From Antedon mediterranea (lineage: Eukaryota > Animalia > Echinodermata), in contig NC_092674.1 of NCBI RefSeq assembly GCF_964355755.1, positions 7,068,001 through 7,132,000 of the forward strand: 64,000 nt of DNA. The letters are read 5' to 3'. Under the pieces are notes generated by a model. It had not been told where the DNA came from and made no database searches. It saw nothing but the letters and a program-made list of their open reading frames with translations. The translations under genes were made by a program, and so were the position numbers. Below are positions 1 to 12,900 of the stretch, piece by piece. Positions within the stretch are counted from its first letter, which is position 1. The number at the start of each line of letters is the position of its first letter.

Positions 1-721
1 GGAATTAGTTTCCATCTGTTAATATACCTTGATGATAATTCTTTTAATAAGAATTTGAATTTTATATTTGTTTCTTGATTTATTGATTTAAAGTATAAAG
101 AAAGGAAACAAAACAAATCATTTTATGTTGTATATATTTTATATAAGATATTATAACAGCTGCTGGCGGCTATCATGTATTACAATTGTTATATAATAAA
201 CAGCATTTTAATGTGTAACTTTCTGTCCTTTTTTATCTTTTTAATGTTGATGTTTGTGATGAAAATGGTTTTATGGTAGGACCTTAAAACAATAAAGGTC
301 TGTTTATACGGACGATAACGATCGATGATTCCCGCAGAAAACAAATGAAATCGAAACAGTTTTCATCCTAGAACTATAGAATAACCCTTTATGATGTCTT
401 GGTGAAAATATTACAATTTAAAATCTAATTAAATGACGTCATGATCAAGAATATCGTTTTTGTCACGATTTATTGTCAAATAATTTTAACGACAATTTTA
501 AATGGAGTGATGAGTATTTGAACAGAAAGAGTTTGGAATTTTGTGGTGTGTATGAAAGTTGTTTTTTCGGAAAATAAAGTTTGTTTATAGGCAATAAGCA
601 ACCTTTAAGTAATTCTCTTTCAGTTATTTTAGCGACTTTTTATAGATGAGTTTTTATTGAATAGACACAAAAATGTTTTAAGTATCAATTTTGTCGAATA
701 GTAAACGTTAATTAAGCTCAA

Positions 722-956
722 AGCTTTGGTTCCCAATTAGAAAAAAATCATGCAACGTAAAATACTATTTTATCAATTTTGCATGCAACCTCATCATTGT
801 TGCGACGTAACGTAAAGCAGAAAACGGTGTTGAATACACGCATACGATACCGTTCTTTCGTCGTCTGTTCCCACCCACAAGGTTATATTCTTTGGAACTT
901 TGCGTCGACACAGTGTGTCTAACGTCCTTGCGTTGCGTCCTAGTGGGAACCAAGCT
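722..956. mobile_element. Non-autonomous MITE, PIF/Harbinger-like (TIR AGCTTGGTTCCCACTAG family)
   Basis: Left end agctttggttcccaattag and right end ctagtgggaaccaagct are imperfect inverted repeats, followed by TTA. Same termini recur at 41119, 45005 and 45817. Confidence 0.65.
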
Positions 957-2863
957 TTAACGTTCGAATTATGCCGTTAACTAAATAAGAAAACTGGAAA
1001 ACATTAATCAAATTCCCCAATCGAATACATGTAAACAAATAACGATTTATTCCGTACGTTTAAAGTGTTAATAATCTCACACTTAATTGCATCCTTTTTT
1101 GGTTTTATTTGTATTTTCTCTTAATATCCGAAGGTTGAAATCAAAACAAGAAATGAGACATGACACCTCAAGACATGAAAACCGCTAAATCTTTTTTTTT
1201 TAACCGTTAAACCATCTGAACACGAACCAATCTGTCTAACTTGTTTGTTTCTAAACGTTTAGAGGTCATGCCATATTGAATTAGACAGTTTTAAAGAAGA
1301 TTTTACCTGAGCTAATATTGACTAAAACGTGATCCCAAGAGCCAATGTGTACACACGAATGAGTTTATATTACCTTTAAGATTTATCTAGTTCAAATATT
1401 ACTTCTTCTTTGGACAGTTAATTGGTACAATGGATCAGGTGTATGTTAAATAGATAGATAATACAGAAGTACGTTATTTAATGTCATCTTTAAAGATGTA
1501 TCCCCCCCCCCCCATAAAAAAGACATGAACAATTAATAAAATCAGACATTAAATAGGCAATTTTGCAGTTTAAATAAAGTTATTCACTTCTGTACAAAAA
1601 AATTCACTCCTAAAAAGATAAAAGAAACGGTTAATTTTGACCAACAACTATTGTCTGACAGACAGTTTTTTTGCTTTAAATTACATATCTTTAGGTAAAT
1701 CTTCTTTTTTTCGATCCAGTTTTTGGTCAAAGTGAAAAACTATTACGTGACATCAACAAAATTGGTGTGGTGTGGGGGAGGGGGGGGGGGTGGATAAGTA
1801 TACTCATCTCGATAGATTTTCTCTATCCCCACTTGGATGTCGCTTGAGCCGGTTTTCTTAAAATCAACAGATTTCACAATTTAGCCCTGACCAAAATTCC
1901 CATGATATCGAAACTTCCACGATTTAGTTGAGTTAATGTTACGACACTGGCTATGGTGTATTGTGCCCAAGTTTGGCCCTTCTACACCCCTCCCGACCAC
2001 CCGCCGCCTCACATGCCTCCTCTTCGCCCATTGTTTCGCACATTATTATCACAGAGTAATACCTCGTCGTAAATCGAATTTGAACTCTTGTGCAAAAATA
2101 TGCCAAAGCTTAAGATGTCAGCATTTTTATAACTTTTTTATTCACAGGTACAACAATAAAATCCTAAACCCATCATCGTTGCCAAGGATTATCTCTAATT
2201 GCAATATCTTGTGGTAGAACGATTTAAAATGTGAATAGTGCCTGTATTTTAACAAAACCCCTTCAAATGATGGCTTAACGAGTACCAGTAAATAAAGCCA
2301 CTAAACCACCCATAATAGAATAATTTCATGAAGGCGTTAATACCAAAATTGCACCTTATTAAAGACATTGACCTCTGTACAATACATCTTATATTCTATC
2401 TATTGAATAGGAGATTCTGGTATTGTTCTAGGCCTAAACTATTATTATATACCCCTTCATAGGACGATTGTTGACTGTTTTCTGCCGGGGGAAACTGGAA
2501 ACAAGGTGTATTGTTTTCTACTTTTATTCTTTCTCATGATTTTTTAAAAAACCAGCTGAAGGTAATCTCTTAATCTAAAATTATTGGGAGGTTGCTGGGT
2601 TACTAAGTGTCATTTTTTGTGCGTGTATTAAGTGGTATTAAATAATATAACGATATTTTATTCTTAACATTTATAGATAGAGATAGTTTTGTAAAATGTT
2701 GTCCGTTTTTAGATTTGATTGTGGTAGGTGACATTGATTGATGGATGGACCGATTGATTGATGGATTGATTACATAAAAAAAAAACAATAGCAACGAAAT
2801 TAATTCGTAATGAATTGATTGATATTACTCGCATTCGCGAACATCATAACTCCATGCCGTACG

Positions 2864-3058
2864 ATTTCATCAACGTACTGAAGGACGCTCGCGTACAAAC
2901 GGTATGAATTCATCAACATTATAACGCGCGCGTATAAACTGTATGACTGTCTCAACGTTGAAAGGCGCACGTACAATCCATGTGACTTAACCACGCGCGT
3001 TAAAAGGCGCACGTACGTAAAAACTTATGGCTTCATCAATGTTAAAACGCGCGCGTAC
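2864..3058. repeat. Degenerate CpG-rich minisatellite (~35-40 bp unit, TTCATCAACGTTAAAACGCGCGCGTAC-like)
   Basis: About five related units (e.g. ttcatcaacattataacgcgcgcgtata, ttcatcaatgttaaaacgcgcgcgtaca). Confidence 0.55.
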
Positions 3059-3570
3059 ACATGTTTCCACCACACAGGTGTAATGTTTGACGGTATAGAG
3101 TTGACCTTAGAAATGTCAGTGTGCAGAAACACCAGTATGATTTCAATGAGTTTGCATGAAAATTACAATGTTATTATTATCTGTAGGCCTATTATAATAA
3201 TAAAGCATAGTTGTTTAAACTGTGTTTAAAAATATCTATATGTTTGTGATTGATTAGTCATTTGGTTGACTTCTTGATCGTATTATGTTTGTTTTCGATT
3301 TGTACTCCAACCGTATGTACACACCCATAAAATGTATTTGTTATCTGATCCATCATTCTGCTTTTATTGAACTGGGAAATTGAATGGAGTTTGTTTAGAT
3401 TGGATTGAGACCCATCATCCAAATATATGAATTGCCTTCAGAAACCACTGTTAACTATGAGACGAAAAACAATTGTTTTTTTTTAAATATATAATTAATA
3501 GAAGTGATGGTATGTCGTTCGTTGATTGGGCTATTATTTCATGATAACTGTTTAGAAAATAACAAGCGCA

Positions 3571-3638
3571 AGTACGGTGGCCGACTGGTTAAGGCGTTGA
3601 ACTTAAGTTCCAATGGACGTATGTCCGCATGCGTACTA
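3571..3638 (+). pseudogene. First array copy: tRNA-Leu(TAA) pseudogene lacking the T-arm/B-box
   Basis: ...gtccgcatg is joined directly to cgtacta, so the GGTTCGAACCCCATC segment is missing. The anticodon stem is also altered (ttgaa). Confidence 0.9.
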
Positions 3639-3867
3639 ATATTTTAACCCCATTGTTTTTTTTATATTTTTACTTGTTTACGGAATGTGTTCCCTAATCG
3701 AAAGCAAGCGCAAGTACGGTGGCCGAGTGGTTAAGGCGTTGGACTTAAGTTCCAATGGACGTATGTCCGCATTGGTTCGAACCCCATCCGTACTAATATT
3801 TTAAAACCATTGTTTTTCCTATTTTTTATTGTTTACGGAATGTGTGTGTCAGTCGACAATAAGCCGA

Positions 3868-3950
3868 AGTACGGTGGCCGAGTGGTTAAGGCGTTGGACT
3901 TAAGTTCCAATGGACGTATGTCCGCATGGGTTCGAACCCCATCCGTACTA
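3868..3950 (+). tRNA. trnL-UAA: tRNA-Leu(TAA), representative intact copy of the array
   Basis: Acceptor AGTACGG/CCGTACT + A73, D-arm GCCGAGTGGTTAAGGC, anticodon stem TTGGA/TCCAA with loop CT-TAA-GT, long variable arm GGAC-GTAT-GTCC, T-arm ATGGG-TTCGAAC-CCCAT. Body closely matches the metazoan tRNA-Leu(TAA) as I recall it. T4 and T5 Pol III terminators follow. Confidence 0.97.
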
Positions 3951-6900
3951 ATATTTTAATACAATTGTTTTTCCTATTTTTTATTTTTTACAAATCGTAT
4001 TTGTCAGTCAACTTCAAGGGAAAGTACGGTGGCCGAGTGGTTAAGGCGTTGGACTTAAGTTCCAATGGACGTATGTCCGCATGGGTTCGAACCCCATCCG
4101 TACTAATATTTTAACACAATTGTTTTTCCTATTTTTAATTTTTTACAAATCGTATTTGTCAGTCAACTTCAAGCGAAAGTACGGTGGCCGAGTTGTTAAG
4201 GCGTTGGACTTAAGTTCCAATGGACGTATGTCCGCATGGGTTCGAACCCCATCCGTACTAATATTTTAACCCCATTGTTTTTTTTTATATTTTTTACTTG
4301 TTTACGAAATGTGTTCCCTAATCGAAAGCAAGCGCAAGTACGGTGGCTGACTGGTTAAGGCGTTGGACTTAAGTTCCAATGGACGTATGTCCGCATTGGT
4401 TCGAACCCCATCCGTACTAATATTTTAAAACCATTGTTTTTCCTATTTTTTATTGTTTACGGAATGTGCTTGTCAGTCGACAATAAGCCGAAGTACGGTG
4501 GCCGAGTGGTTAAGGCGTTGGACTTAAGTTCCAATGGACGTATGACCGCATGGGATCGAACCCCATCCGTACTAATATTTTAACCCCATTGTTTTTCCTA
4601 TTTTTTATTGTTTACGTAATGTGTTTGTCAGTCGACAATAAGCCGAAGTACGGTGGCCGAGTGGTTAAGGCGTTGGACTTAAGTTCCAATGGACGTATGT
4701 CCGCATGGGGTCGAACCCCATCCGTACTAATATTTTAACCCCATTGTTTTTCCTATTTTTTATTGTTTACGGAATGTGTTTGTCAGTCGACAATAAGACG
4801 AAGTACGGTGGCCGAGTGGTTTAGGCGTTGTACTTAAGTTCCAATGGACGTATGTCCGCATGGGTTTGAACCCCATCCGTACTAATATTTTAACCCCATT
4901 GTTTTTCCTATTTTTTATTGTTTACGGAATGTGTTTGTCAGTCGACAATAAGCCGAAGTACGGTGGCCGAGTGGTTAAGGCGTTGGACTTAAGTTCCAAT
5001 GGACGTATGTCCGCATGGGTTCGAACCCCATCCGTACTAATATTTTAACCCCATTGTTTTTCCTATTTTTTATTGTTTACGGAATGTGTTTGTCAGTCGA
5101 CAATAAGCCGAAGTACGGTGGCCGAGTGGTTAAGGCCTTGGACTTAAGTTCCAATGGACGTATGTCCGCATGGGTTCGAACCCATCCGTACTAATAATCT
5201 AACACAATGGTTTTTCCTATTTTTAATTTTTTACAAATCGTATTTGTCAGTCAACTTCAAGGGAAAGTATGGTGGCCGAGTGGTTAAGGCGTTGGACTTA
5301 AGTTCCAATGGACGTATGTCCGCATGGGTTCGAACCCCATCCGTACTAATATTTTAACCCCATTGTTTTTCCTATTTTTTATTGTTTACGGAATGTGTTT
5401 GTCAGTCGACAATAAGCCGAAGTACGGTGGCCGAGTGGTTAAGGCGTTGGACTTAAGTTCCAATGGACGTATGTCCGCATGGGTTCGAACCCCATCCGTA
5501 CTAATATTTTAATACAATTGTTTTTCCTATTTTTTATTTTTTTACAAATCGTATTTGTCAGTCAACTTCAAGGGAAAGTACGGTGGCCGAGTGGTTAAGG
5601 CGTTGGACTTAAGTTCCAATGGACGTATGTCCGCATGGGTTCGAACCCCATCCGTACTAATATTTTAACACAATTGTTTTTCCTATTTTTAATTTTTTAC
5701 AAATCGTATTTGTCAGTCAACTTCAAGCGAAAGTACGGTGGCCGAGTTGTTAAGGCGTTGGACTTAAGTTCCAATGGACGTATGTCCGCATGGGTTCGAA
5801 CCCCATCCGTACTAATATTTTAACCCCATTGTTTTTTTTTATATTTTTTACTTGTTTACGAAATGTGTTCCCTAATCGAAAGCAAGCGCAAGTACGGTGG
5901 CTGACTGGTTAAGGCGTTGGACGTAAGTTCCAATGGACGTATGTCCGCATTGGTTCGAACCCCATCCGTACTAATATTTTAAAACCATTGTTTTTCCTAT
6001 TTTTTATTGTTTACGGAATGTGCTTGTCAGTCGACAATAAGCCGAAGTACGGTGGCCGAGTGGTTAAGGCGTTGGACTTAAGTTCCAATGGACGTATGAC
6101 CGCATGGGATCGAACCCCATCCGTACTAATATTTTAACCCCATTGTTTTTCCTATTTTTTATTGTTTACGTAATGTGTTTGTCAGTCGACAATAAGCCGA
6201 AGTACGGTGGCCGAGTGGTTAAGGCGTTGGACTTAAGTTCCAATGGACGTATGTCCGCATGGGTTCGAACCCCATCCGTACTAATATTTTAACCCCATTG
6301 TTTTTCCTATTTTTTATTGTTTACGGAATGTGTTTGTCAGTCGACAATAAGACGAAGTACGGTGGCCGAGTGGTTTAGGCGTTGGACTTAAGTTCCAATG
6401 GACGTATGTCCGCATGGGTTTGAACCCCATCCGTACTAATATTTTAACCCCATTGTTTTTCCTATTTTTTATTGTTTACGGAATGTGTTTGTCAGTCGAC
6501 AATAAGCCGAAGTACGGTGGCCGAGTGGTTAAGGCGTTGGACTTAAGTTCCAATGGACGTATGTCCGCATGGGTTCGAACCCCATCCGTACTAATATTTT
6601 AACCCCATTGTTTTTCCTATTTTTTATTGTTTACGGAATGTGTTTGTCAGTCGACAATAAGCCGAAGTACGGTGGCCGAGTGGTTAAGGCCTTGGACTTA
6701 AGTTCCAATGGACGTATGTCCGCATGGGTTCGAACCCATCCGTACTAATACTTTAACACAATGGTTTTTCCTATTTTTAATTTTTTACAAATCGTATTTG
6801 TCAGTCAACTTCAAGGGAAAGTATGGTGGCCGAGTGGTTAAGGCGTTGGACTTAAGTTCCAATGGACGTATGTCCGCATGGGTTCGAACCCCATCCGTAC

Positions 6901-9900
6901 TAATATTTTAACCCCATTGTTTTTCCTATTTTTTATTGTTTACGGAATGTGTTTGTCAGTTGTCAATAAGCCGAAGTACGGTGGCCGAGTGGTTAAGGCG
7001 TTGGACTTAAGTTCCAATGGACGTATGTCCGCATGGGTTCGAACCCCATCCGTACTAATATTTTAATACAATTGTTTTTCCTATTTTTTATTTTTTACAA
7101 ATCGTATTTGTCAGTCAACTTCAAGGGAAAGTACGGTGGCCGAGTGGTTAAGGCGTTGGACTTAAGTTCCAATGGACGTATGTCCGCATGGGTTCGAACC
7201 CCATCCGTACTAATATTTTAACACAATTGTTTTTCCTATTTTTAATTTTTTTCAAATCGTATTTGTCAGTCAACTTCAAGCGAAAGTACGGTGGCCGAGT
7301 TGTTAAGGCGTTGGACTTAAGTTCCAATGGACGTATGTCCGCATGGGTTCGAACCCCATCCGTACTAATATTTTAACCCCATTGTTTTTTTTTATATTTT
7401 TTACTTGTTTACGAAATGTGTTCCCTAATCGAAAGCAAGCGCAAGTACGGTGGCTGACTGGTTAAGGCGTTGGACGTAAGTTCCAATGGACGTATGTCCG
7501 CATTGGTTCGAACCCCATCCGTACTAATATTTTAAAACCATTGTTTTTCCTATTTTTTATTGTTTACGGAATGTGCTTGTCAGTCGACAATAAGCCGAAG
7601 TACGGTGGCCGAGTGGTTAAGGCGTTGGACTTAAGTTCCAATGGACGTATGACCGCATGGGATCGAACCCCATCCGTACTAATATTTTAACCCCATTGTT
7701 TTTCATATTTTTTATTGTTTACGTAATGTGTTTGTCAGTCGACAATAAGCCGAAGTACGGTGGCCGAGTGGTTAAGGCGTTGGACTTAAGTTCCAATGGA
7801 CGTATGACCGCATGGGATCGAACCCCATCCGTACTAATATTTTAACCCCATTGTTTTTCCTATTTTTTATTGTTTACGTAATGTGTTTGTCAGTCGACAA
7901 TAAGCCGAAGTACGGTGGCCGAGTGGTTAAGGCGTTGGACTTAAGTTCCAATGGACGTATGTCCGCATGGGTTCGAACCCCATCCGTACTAATATTTTAA
8001 CCCCATTGTTTTTCCTATTTTTTATTGTTTACGGAATGTGTTTGTCAGTCGACAATAAGACGAAGTACGGTGGCCGAGTGGTTTAGGCGTTGGACTTAAG
8101 TTCCAATGGACGTATGTCCGCATGGGTTTGAACCCCATCCGTACTAATATTTTAACCCCATTGTTTTTCCTATTTTTTATTGTTTACGGAATGTGTTTGT
8201 CAGTCGACAATAAGCCGAAGTACGGTGGCCGAGTGGTTAAGGCGTTGGACTTAAGTTCCAATGGACGTATGTCCGCATGGGTTCGAACCCCATCCGTACT
8301 AATATTTTAACCCCATTGTTTTTCCTATTTTTTATTGTTTACGGAATGTGTTTGTCAGTCGACAATAAGCCGAAGTACGGTGGCCGAGTGGTTAAGGCCT
8401 TGGACTTAAGTTCCAATGGACGTATGTCCGCATGGGTTCGAACCCATCCGTACTAATAATCTAACACAATGGTTTTTCCTATTTTTAATTTTTTACAAAT
8501 CGTATTTGTCAGTCAACTTCAAGGGAAAGTATGGTGGCCGAGTGGTTAAGGCGTTGGACTTAAGTTCCAATGGACGTATGTCCGCATGGGTTCGAACCCC
8601 ATCCGTACTAATATTTTAACCCCATTGTTTTTCCTATTTTTTATTGTTTACCGAATGTGTTTGTCAGTCGACAATAAGCCGAAGTACGGTGGCCGAGTGG
8701 TTAAGGCGTTGGACTTAAGTTCCAATGGACGTATGTCCGCATGGGTTCGAACCCCATCCGTACTAATATTTTAATACAATTGTTTTTCCTATTTTTTATT
8801 TTTTTACAAATCGTATTTGTCAGTCAACTTCAAGGGAAAGTACGGTGGCCGAGTGGTTAAGGCGTTGGACTTAAGTTCCAATGGACGTATGTCCGCATGG
8901 GTTCGAACCCCATCCGTACTAATATTTTAACACAATTGTTTTTCCTATTTTTAATTTTTTACAAATCGTATTTGTCAGTCAACTTCAAGCGAAAGTACGG
9001 TGGCCGAGTTGTTAAGGCGTTGGACTTAAGTTCCAATGGACGTATGTCCGCATGGGTTCGAACCCCATCCGTACTAATATTTTAACCCCATTGTTTTTTT
9101 TTATATTTTTTACTTGTTTACGAAATGTGTTCCCTAATCGAAAGCAAGCGCAAGTACGGTGGCTGACTGGTTAAGGCGTTGGACGTAAGTTCCAATGGAC
9201 GTATGTCCGCATTGGTTCGAACCCCATCCGTACTAATATTTTAAAACCATTGTTTTTCCTATTTTTTATTGTTTACGGAATGTGCTTGTCAGTCGACAAT
9301 AAGCCGAAGTACGGTGGCCGAGTGGTTAAGGCGTTGGACTTAAGTTCCAATGGACGTATGACCGCATGGGATCGAACCCCATCCGTACTAATATTTTAAC
9401 CCCATTGTTTTTCCTATTTTTTATTGTTTACGTAATGTGTTTGTCAGTCGACAATAAGCCGAAGTACGGTGGCCGAGTGGTTAAGGCGTTGGACTTAAGT
9501 TCCAATGGACGTATGTCCGCATGGGTTCGAACCCCATCCGTACTAATATTTTAACCCCATTGTTTTTCCTATTTTTTATTGTTTACGGAATGTGTTTGTC
9601 AGTCGACAATAAGACGAAGTACGGTGGCCGAGTGGTTTAGGCGTTGGACTTAAGTTCCAATGGACGTATGTCCGCATGGGTTTGAACCCCATCCGTACTA
9701 ATATTTTAACCCCATTGTTTTTCCTATTTTTTATTGTTTACGGAATGTGTTTGTCAGTCGACAATAAGCCGAAGTACGGTGGCCGAGTGGTTAAGGCGTT
9801 GGACTTAAGTTCCAATGGACGTATGTCCGCATGGGTTCGAACCCCATCCGTACTAATATTTTAACCCCATTGTTTTTCCTATTTTTTATTGTTTACGGAA

Positions 9901-12900
9901 TGTGTTTGTCAGTCGACAATAAGCCGAAGTACGGTGGCCGAGTGGTTAAGGCCTTGGACTTAAGTTCCAATGGACGTATGTCCGCATGGGTTCGAACCCA
10001 TCCGTACTAATACTTTAACACAATGGTTTTTCCTATTTTTAATTTTTTACAAATCGTATTTGTCAGTCAACTTCAAGGGAAAGTATGGTGGCCGAGTGGT
10101 TAAGGCGTTGGACTTAAGTTCCAATGGACGTATGTCCGCATGGGTTCGAACCCCATCCGTACTAATATTTTAACCCCATTGTTTTTCCTATTTTTTATTG
10201 TTTACGGAATGTGTTTGTCAGTCGACAATAAGCCGAAGTACGGTGGCCGAGTGGTTAAGGCGTTGGACTTAAGTTCCAATGGACGTATGTCCGCATGGGT
10301 TCGAACCCCATCCGTACTAATATTTTAATACAATTGTTTTTCCTATTTTTTATTTTTTACAAATCGTATTTGTCAGTCAACTTCAAGGGAAAGTACGGTG
10401 GCCGAGTGGTTAAGGCGTTGGACTTAAGTTCCAATGGACGTATGTCCGCATGGGTTCGAACCCCATCCATACTAATATTTTAACACAATTGTTTTTCCTA
10501 TTTTTAATTTTTTTCAAATCGTATTTGTCAGTCAACTTCAAGCGAAAGTACGGTGGCCGAGTTGTTAAGGCGTTGGACTTAAGTTCCAATGGACGTATGT
10601 CCGCATGGGTTCGAACCCCATCCGTACTAATATTTTAACCCCATTGTTTTTTTTTATATTTTTTACTTGTTTACAAAATGTGTTCCCTAATCGAAAGCAA
10701 GCGCAAGTACGGTGGCTGACTGGTTAAGGCGTTGGACGTAAGTTCCAATGGACGTATGTCCGCATTGGTTCGAACCCCATCCGTACTAATATTTTAAAAC
10801 CATTGTTTTTCCTATTTTTTATTGTTTACGGAATGTGCTTGTCAGTCGACAATAAGCCGAAGTACGGTGGCCGAGTGGTTAAGGCGTTGGACTTAAGTTC
10901 CAATGGACGTATGACCGCATGGGATCGAACCCCATCCGTACTAATATTTTAACCCCATTGTTTTTCCTATTTTTTATTGTTTACGTAATGTGTTTGTCAG
11001 TCGACAATAAGACGAAGTACGGTGGCCGAGTGGTTTAGGCCTTGGACTTAAGTTCCAATGGACGTATGTCCGCATGGGTTCGAACCCATCCGTACTAATA
11101 ATCTAACACAATGGTTTTTCCTATTTTTAATTTTTTACAAATCGTATTTGTCAGTCAACTTCAAGGGAAAGTATGGTGGCCGAGTGGTTAAGGCGTTGGA
11201 CTTAAGTTCCAATGGACGTATGTCCGCATGGGTTCGAACCCCATCCGTACTAATATTTTAACCCCATTGTTTTTCCTATTTTTTATTGTTTACCGAATGT
11301 GTTTGTCAGTCGACAATAAGCCGAAGTACGGTGGCCGAGTGGTTAAGGCGTTGGACTTAAGTTCCAATGGACGTATGTCCGCATGGGTTCGAACCCCATC
11401 CGTACTAATATTTTAATACAATTGTTTTTCCTATTTTTTATTTTTTTACAAATCGTATTTGTCAGTCAACTTCAAGGGAAAGTACGGTGGCCGAGTGGTT
11501 AAGGCGTTGGACTTAAGTTCCAATGGACGTATGTCCGCATGGGTTCGAACCCCATCCGTACTAATATTTTAACACAATTGTTTTTCCTATTTTTAATTTT
11601 TTACAAATCGTATTTGTCAGTCAACTTCAAGCGAAAGTACGGTGGCCGAGTTGTTAAGGCGTTGGACTTAAGTTCCAATGGACGTATGTCCGCATGGGTT
11701 CGAACCCCATCCGTACTAATATTTTAACCCCATTGTTTTTTTTTATATTTTTTACTTGTTTACGAAATGTGTTCCCTAATCGAAAGCAAGCGCAAGTACG
11801 GTGGCTGACTGGTTAAGGCGTTGGACGTAAGTTCCAATGGACGTATGTCCGCATTGGTTCGAACCCCATCCGTACTAATATTTTAAAACCATTGTTTTTC
11901 CTATTTTTTATTGTTTACGGAATGTGCTTGTCAGTCGACAATAAGCCGAAGTACGGTGGCCGAGTGGTTAAGGCGTTGGACTTAAGTTCCAATGGACGTA
12001 TGACCGCATGGGATCGAACCCCATCCGTACTAATATTTTAACCCCATTGTTTTTCCTATTTTTTATTGTTTACGTAATGTGTTTGTCAGTCGACAATAAG
12101 CCGAAGTACGGTGGCCGAGTGGTTAAGGCGTTGGACTTAAGTTCCAATGGACGTATGTCCGCATGGGTTCGAACCCCATCCGTACTAATATTTTAACCCC
12201 ATTGTTTTTCCTATTTTTTATTGTTTACGGAATGTGTTTGTCAGTCGACAATAAGACGAAGTACGGTGGCCGAGTGGTTTAGGCGTTGGACTTAAGTTCC
12301 AATGGACGTATGTCCGCATGGGTTTGAACCCCATCCGTACTAATATTTTAACCCCATTGTTTTTCCTATTTTTTATTGTTTACGGAATGTGTTTGTCAGT
12401 CGACAATAAGCCGAAGTACGGTGGCCGAGTGGTTAAGGCGTTGGACTTAAGTTCCAATGGACGTATGTCCGCATGGGTTCGAACCCCATCCGTACTAATA
12501 TTTTAACCCCATTGTTTTTCCTATTTTTTATTGTTTACGGAATGTGTTTGTCAGTCGACAATAAGCCGAAGTACGGTGGCCGAGTGGTTAAGGCCTTGGA
12601 CTTAAGTTCCAATGGACGTATGTCCGCATGGGTTCGAACCCATCCGTACTAATACTTTAACACAATGGTTTTTCCTATTTTTAATTTTTTACAAATCGTA
12701 TTTGTCAGTCAACTTCAAGGGAAAGTATGGTGGCCGAGTGGTTAAGGCGTTGGACTTAAGTTCCAATGGACGTATGTCCGCATGGGTTCGAACCCCATCC
12801 GTACTAATATTTTAACCCCATTGTTTTTCCTATTTTTTATTGTTTACGGAATGTGTTTGTCAGTCGACAATAAGCCGAAGTACGGTGGCCGAGTGGTTAA

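Noticed and set aside
5891-5973. ggacgtaagttcc copies read as tRNA-Tyr(GTA)
   Set aside because: In the 7-nt loop CGTAAGT the anticodon is still TAA. The change is U33G, a damaging mutation.
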